Source of the DNA: Candidatus Dojkabacteria bacterium
GTDB taxonomy: Bacteria > Patescibacteriota > Dojkabacteria > SC72
Direction of reading: 5' to 3'
Assembly: GCA_016182915.1 (NCBI GenBank)
Contig: JACPFP010000002.1
Span: forward strand, 230,244 to 294,243
DNA: 64,000 nucleotides
Position 1 is the first letter of the stretch, and the number at the start of each line of letters is the position of its first letter. The notes under the pieces are model-generated. The model did no database searches and was not told where the DNA came from. It saw only the letters and a list, made by a program, of their open reading frames with translations. This document shows positions 63,101 through 64,000 of the stretch, one piece after another. The translations under genes were made by a program, and so were the position numbers.

Positions 63101-64000
63101 ACAGTATTTCTTGGAAATCTCCCTCCAGAATAGGTATCTAAGGTAATTGTTATCGAATGTGTATGAGTTGTTGCCCCACCAGTAGAACCATATGTAGAAG
63201 CTCCACGTGGATAGTTAGAATCTAAAGCTGAAAATCTTGTCCAACCAAGCGGAGGGACCACTGTGCTCGCTACAATTCCATTAACAGGGACAACACCTGA
63301 AGCGTTAATACTTCCATAGATCATATTCAAATATGGGGGAGTATTCGTACCACTTCCGGTAGTTCCACCCAATGAAGTATGTCCATGTGCCCACGCAGCA
63401 GATCCACCACCGTCTGCCCCCGCCGCACACTGTTCAGCGGATCCCCCTGTAGCATATCCTCCCGTGAAAGGATGGGTATGGGTAGTACTTCCTCCTGTTC
63501 CCCCATATGTAGCAGATCCCCTAGGGAATTTCGAATCAAGAGCAGTGAACCTTGTCCAACCAGTAGGGACTGTAGCATCAAACCATACTATATTACCTGT
63601 GTTTACAGTCAAGCTCGGGCTTTGGCAAAAGACCATATCTAAATATGGTGGTAGTGTAGAAGCATTACTGACATCCGCTTTCGTTCCAGTATGCCCCCCT
63701 GGCGACGACATGGTTAAATCACAGGCTCCGTTCGTAGTTGAGGTTGAGGATGATCCTCCCGAAGTTCCAGATACTTGACCGTGATTATGAACATCAGTAC
63801 CACCAGTTGTACCATAACCATTTGCACCTCTTATGAACTTACCATCAAAACTTGTAGCCCTAGTCCACCCTGCCCCACAGGCCACATTATTAAGTACAAT
63901 AAAGTTTCCACTCCATGCCTGCTGTGCACTGACGGCAGCCCCATTACCATAGTAAAAATATATAGTTTTACTTCCAACTGGGACCGAGGGGATTCTTACC
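57178..64000 (-). CDS. giant cell-surface protein, 5'-truncated by the window edge (>2,270 aa): phage-tail-collar-like repeats, many FN3-like repeats, C-terminal TM segments and CarboxypepD_reg-like domains
   Basis: The frame stays open upstream of the track start (GTG at 63885) to the window edge. The N-terminal region has at least three repeats of ...P.GWTRF.ALDS.FPRG..TYG.TGG.TTHTH. The middle has about ten repeats of ...SIRWNF.D...NE.G(F/Y).V.D..G.....C.......C.E.GL.PNT.YTR.V.AYNA.GDS. The C-terminus has hydrophobic segments and two VYD..T..P...A.V....../NGKYRF... beta-sandwich-like modules. Confidence 0.75.
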   Translation of the reverse strand, partial: VRIPSVPVGSKTIYFYYGNGAAVSAQQAWSGNFIVLNNVACGAGWTRATSFDGKFIRGANGYGTTGGTDVHNHGQVSGTSGGSSSTSTTNGACDLTMSSPGGHTGTKADVSNASTLPPYLDMVFCQSPSLTVNTGNIVWFDATVPTGWTRFTALDSKFPRGSATYGGTGGSTTHTHPFTGGYATGGSAEQCAAGADGGGSAAWAHGHTSLGGTTGSGTNTPPYLNMIYGSINASGVVPVNGIVASTVVPPLGWTRFSALDSNYPRGASTYGSTGGATTHTHSITITLDTYSGGRFPRNTVPAGTLAGYTHNHTLTTTTASASNLPSYLNSYFIKKNNNAGDSISFSLSNEQSNAPAAPTSVAAQALTTSSIRWNFVDNATNETGFKVVDELGVVKATCASADLTYCDETGLSANTQYTRAIIAYNANGDSQASSLTSRYTLINTPTISTTTVATTSIGLNAAGVSNLGVGLSALYFDCTSASCDSGLNVWNPATTATATSLTNNTQYTFVVKARNGDGVETLDSDSVSKYTLALFPTVSIVNPTSTSFTVSVTNVPNLGADQGAIHVICTTGCSIGDIWTASDQVVLSGMSPNIQYSFTVKVRNGEGVETSSTDPVSGYTLANAPLDPVASEITEHTFRVSLNQNLNSNPSSVLYSVKYGANEFISNVDGSIGLSEVWADYDTWTQGGGVLVSGLTEGSQHILAVRAKNSEDVTTAYSGSTEIYTLLSTPILVSGQALSSSSIRWNFTDGGVNESGFKVYDSSGSLLITCATPDITFCDETGLSPNTTYTRKVKAYNANVDSVFSGTQSETTRAAIPSLTNLSGTQGRVSFGVTMNGNPGGTEISIFEEGTGKYYSQTTGELISTPTWFEYVDTGVDFDVNNLDPNTEYIFKVKARNSEAVETAYSGTYSVYTHAVVPSVVSAEGVSSTGVNVTLGTGGNPSTTTYAVREVNSGKFIDEATNTLSDTAVWSTYAQYGGASGVTVNGLLANTQYTFDVKARNANDIETAFSTSVSGYTYANAPTVVSLSPSSSTVLVIVVGSSSNPVYTQFAVRENTSGLYVNNSTGVLQASPSWATYAQWGSVTGFGVVGLSPNSEYTFSTIAKNNDDINTSFSVGLAKYTLANVPGSVEVSDISVSSLKAVLDLNGNPISTQLALYNSTKSKYVDYNTGNDSDTPVWGTYAQWGGDNGYTISGLESGTTYEFVAKARNADNIETSFSVGSNVSTSLNAPTIGTPIRLSETSIRWVFTDNETNEQGYRVYDTNGVQVAECLGTALTSCIEYGMTPNTLYTRKVAAYNATGRGDYSSTASKYTPAATPQFSSSEASSSTAIKLVVNASGNPSNTQYQVREVISGLKVGDFRSGRGRLLSADSWYTLDELGGASGFFVSELFANAEYQFAVVARDGEDVITSTSDIVTIYTLSVQTSSPALTPLSESRIKVVIDNGGNPEVTTFAFKDVTTSKYFNYTNGLWETDAVWGTYTNWGRGTGFSISGLGINTEYEFHTISRNGQNVESTPSPSSKIYTLSNTPGRVGVTLNTPTSLLIKVSANQNPANTDYSIMDIVSGKSVDPRTGTLVSDVKWGKFADFGGLNGMTINGLVPGARHEFIAKSRNGNLLESGTSSSFVSYTLASIPGVESINTVTLRSLTLRIFRNANDSSVQYSIYEESQGRFVDFRTGLLTTEPVWGTYSEFGGNIGVLLSGLAPVSDYSFRINARNGAGIVTGLGARTQYGTNAIIENIPVGVLLRLKSSLNVDPSTDLGGQRGVQEVRVLRNNTIVADVPIEFTQNRDWSSAVIVAEGSKVVVKLPETAGLKGTYTMYVPKEESNRFKLCTKAESIDEVNSDCAGSVVFAGPYPQTIDIDGSLVTVSTSVIDGVSYWVVSGLTGTGGLGETVDTGGEVKEPTVEDPEKEEEEPITPPVVINTPIKVVNDVVNTVLTTVAETNATEAIDGVKIAIDNSVVGDLPEPQLTAVTTTATAATVTVGLAAIGGGFSSVPYFLTQLFLSMLSLLGFRKKGKPYGYVYDSVTKEPVSRAIVRIYDVNDKLVWTDVTDVYGSFNVELPKGKYKLLVKKGGFKYPTEIVKGVVDYPLEPIYKGELFSLSKREEVRVLIPIDPTKVDRFKALSVSARTSINLILKMLHAVIFVGGIILGVYTVVKFPSLTNWIVIAFYIPAFYMLYKSMFGEEASYGIVTDIKGKPIENVEIAIKEMKFDRFVSKRITDKNGKYRFVIYPGAYELVVISSDYKAMKFEGGSSVVNITAKGEKTITKNIVVRKK

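Noticed and set aside
57178-64000. Prophage interpretation of the phage-tail-collar-like repeats
   Set aside because: No capsid, terminase, portal or tail-assembly genes are nearby. The repeats are embedded in a single giant FN3-rich surface protein. That is typical of cellular adhesins that borrowed a receptor-binding fold.

Overview
This 64-kb window appears to come from a small-genome, low-GC bacterium. It is gene-dense, mostly single-strand-oriented, has few Shine-Dalgarno sites and carries an S1 protein with only four S1 domains, so my guess is a Candidate Phyla Radiation (Patescibacteria)-like lineage. That lineage call is inference only.

The left ~24 kb is housekeeping: rho, radA, clpC and rpsA, a Nudix hydrolase, nth, and a novel-domain/deoxynucleoside-kinase fusion. 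They are followed by a complete minus-strand rRNA operon (16S, tRNA-Ile(GAU), tRNA-Ala(UGC), 23S, 5S, terminator), then an ATP-dependent DNA ligase, a membrane-anchored wHTH protein, polA, ftsH, tRNA-Met, efp, tRNA-fMet, and a Xer-type tyrosine recombinase.

The middle (26.5-41 kb) holds the candidate I rate highest: a dispersed pilus/DNA-translocation-like gene set. It contains a tRNA-Ile with a UAU anticodon and a membrane-anchored HerA/FtsK/VirD4-superfamily ATPase. Also present are smpB, a bPH-domain membrane module, and a coiled-coil SpoIID/LytB peptidoglycan hydrolase. Immediately after these come five tandem diverged VirB2/TrbC-like two-helix pilin genes and a UvrD-helicase/Cas4-like Fe-S nuclease fusion. 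Further along are CutA and a RelE/ParE-RHH toxin-antitoxin pair.

The right part begins at a tRNA-Ser(GCU) whose 3' end is duplicated as a 28-bp direct repeat ~800 bp away, an att-like signature around a small HExxH-protein insert. It continues into a ~12-kb accessory-looking patch of Nudix paralogs, PadR plus pentapeptide-repeat protein, a beta-lactamase-fold hydrolase, an aldo/keto reductase, GNATs, SGNH and HAD hydrolases. This patch also holds an orphan consensus promoter plus terminator unit and a duplicated 46-bp segment.

The window ends inside a giant (>2,200 aa) surface protein with phage-tail-collar-like N-terminal repeats, many FN3-like repeats and C-terminal CarboxypepD_reg-like domains.

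I found no CRISPR array, transposase, reverse transcriptase or prophage structural genes. All family assignments are from motif recognition by eye; no searches were run.
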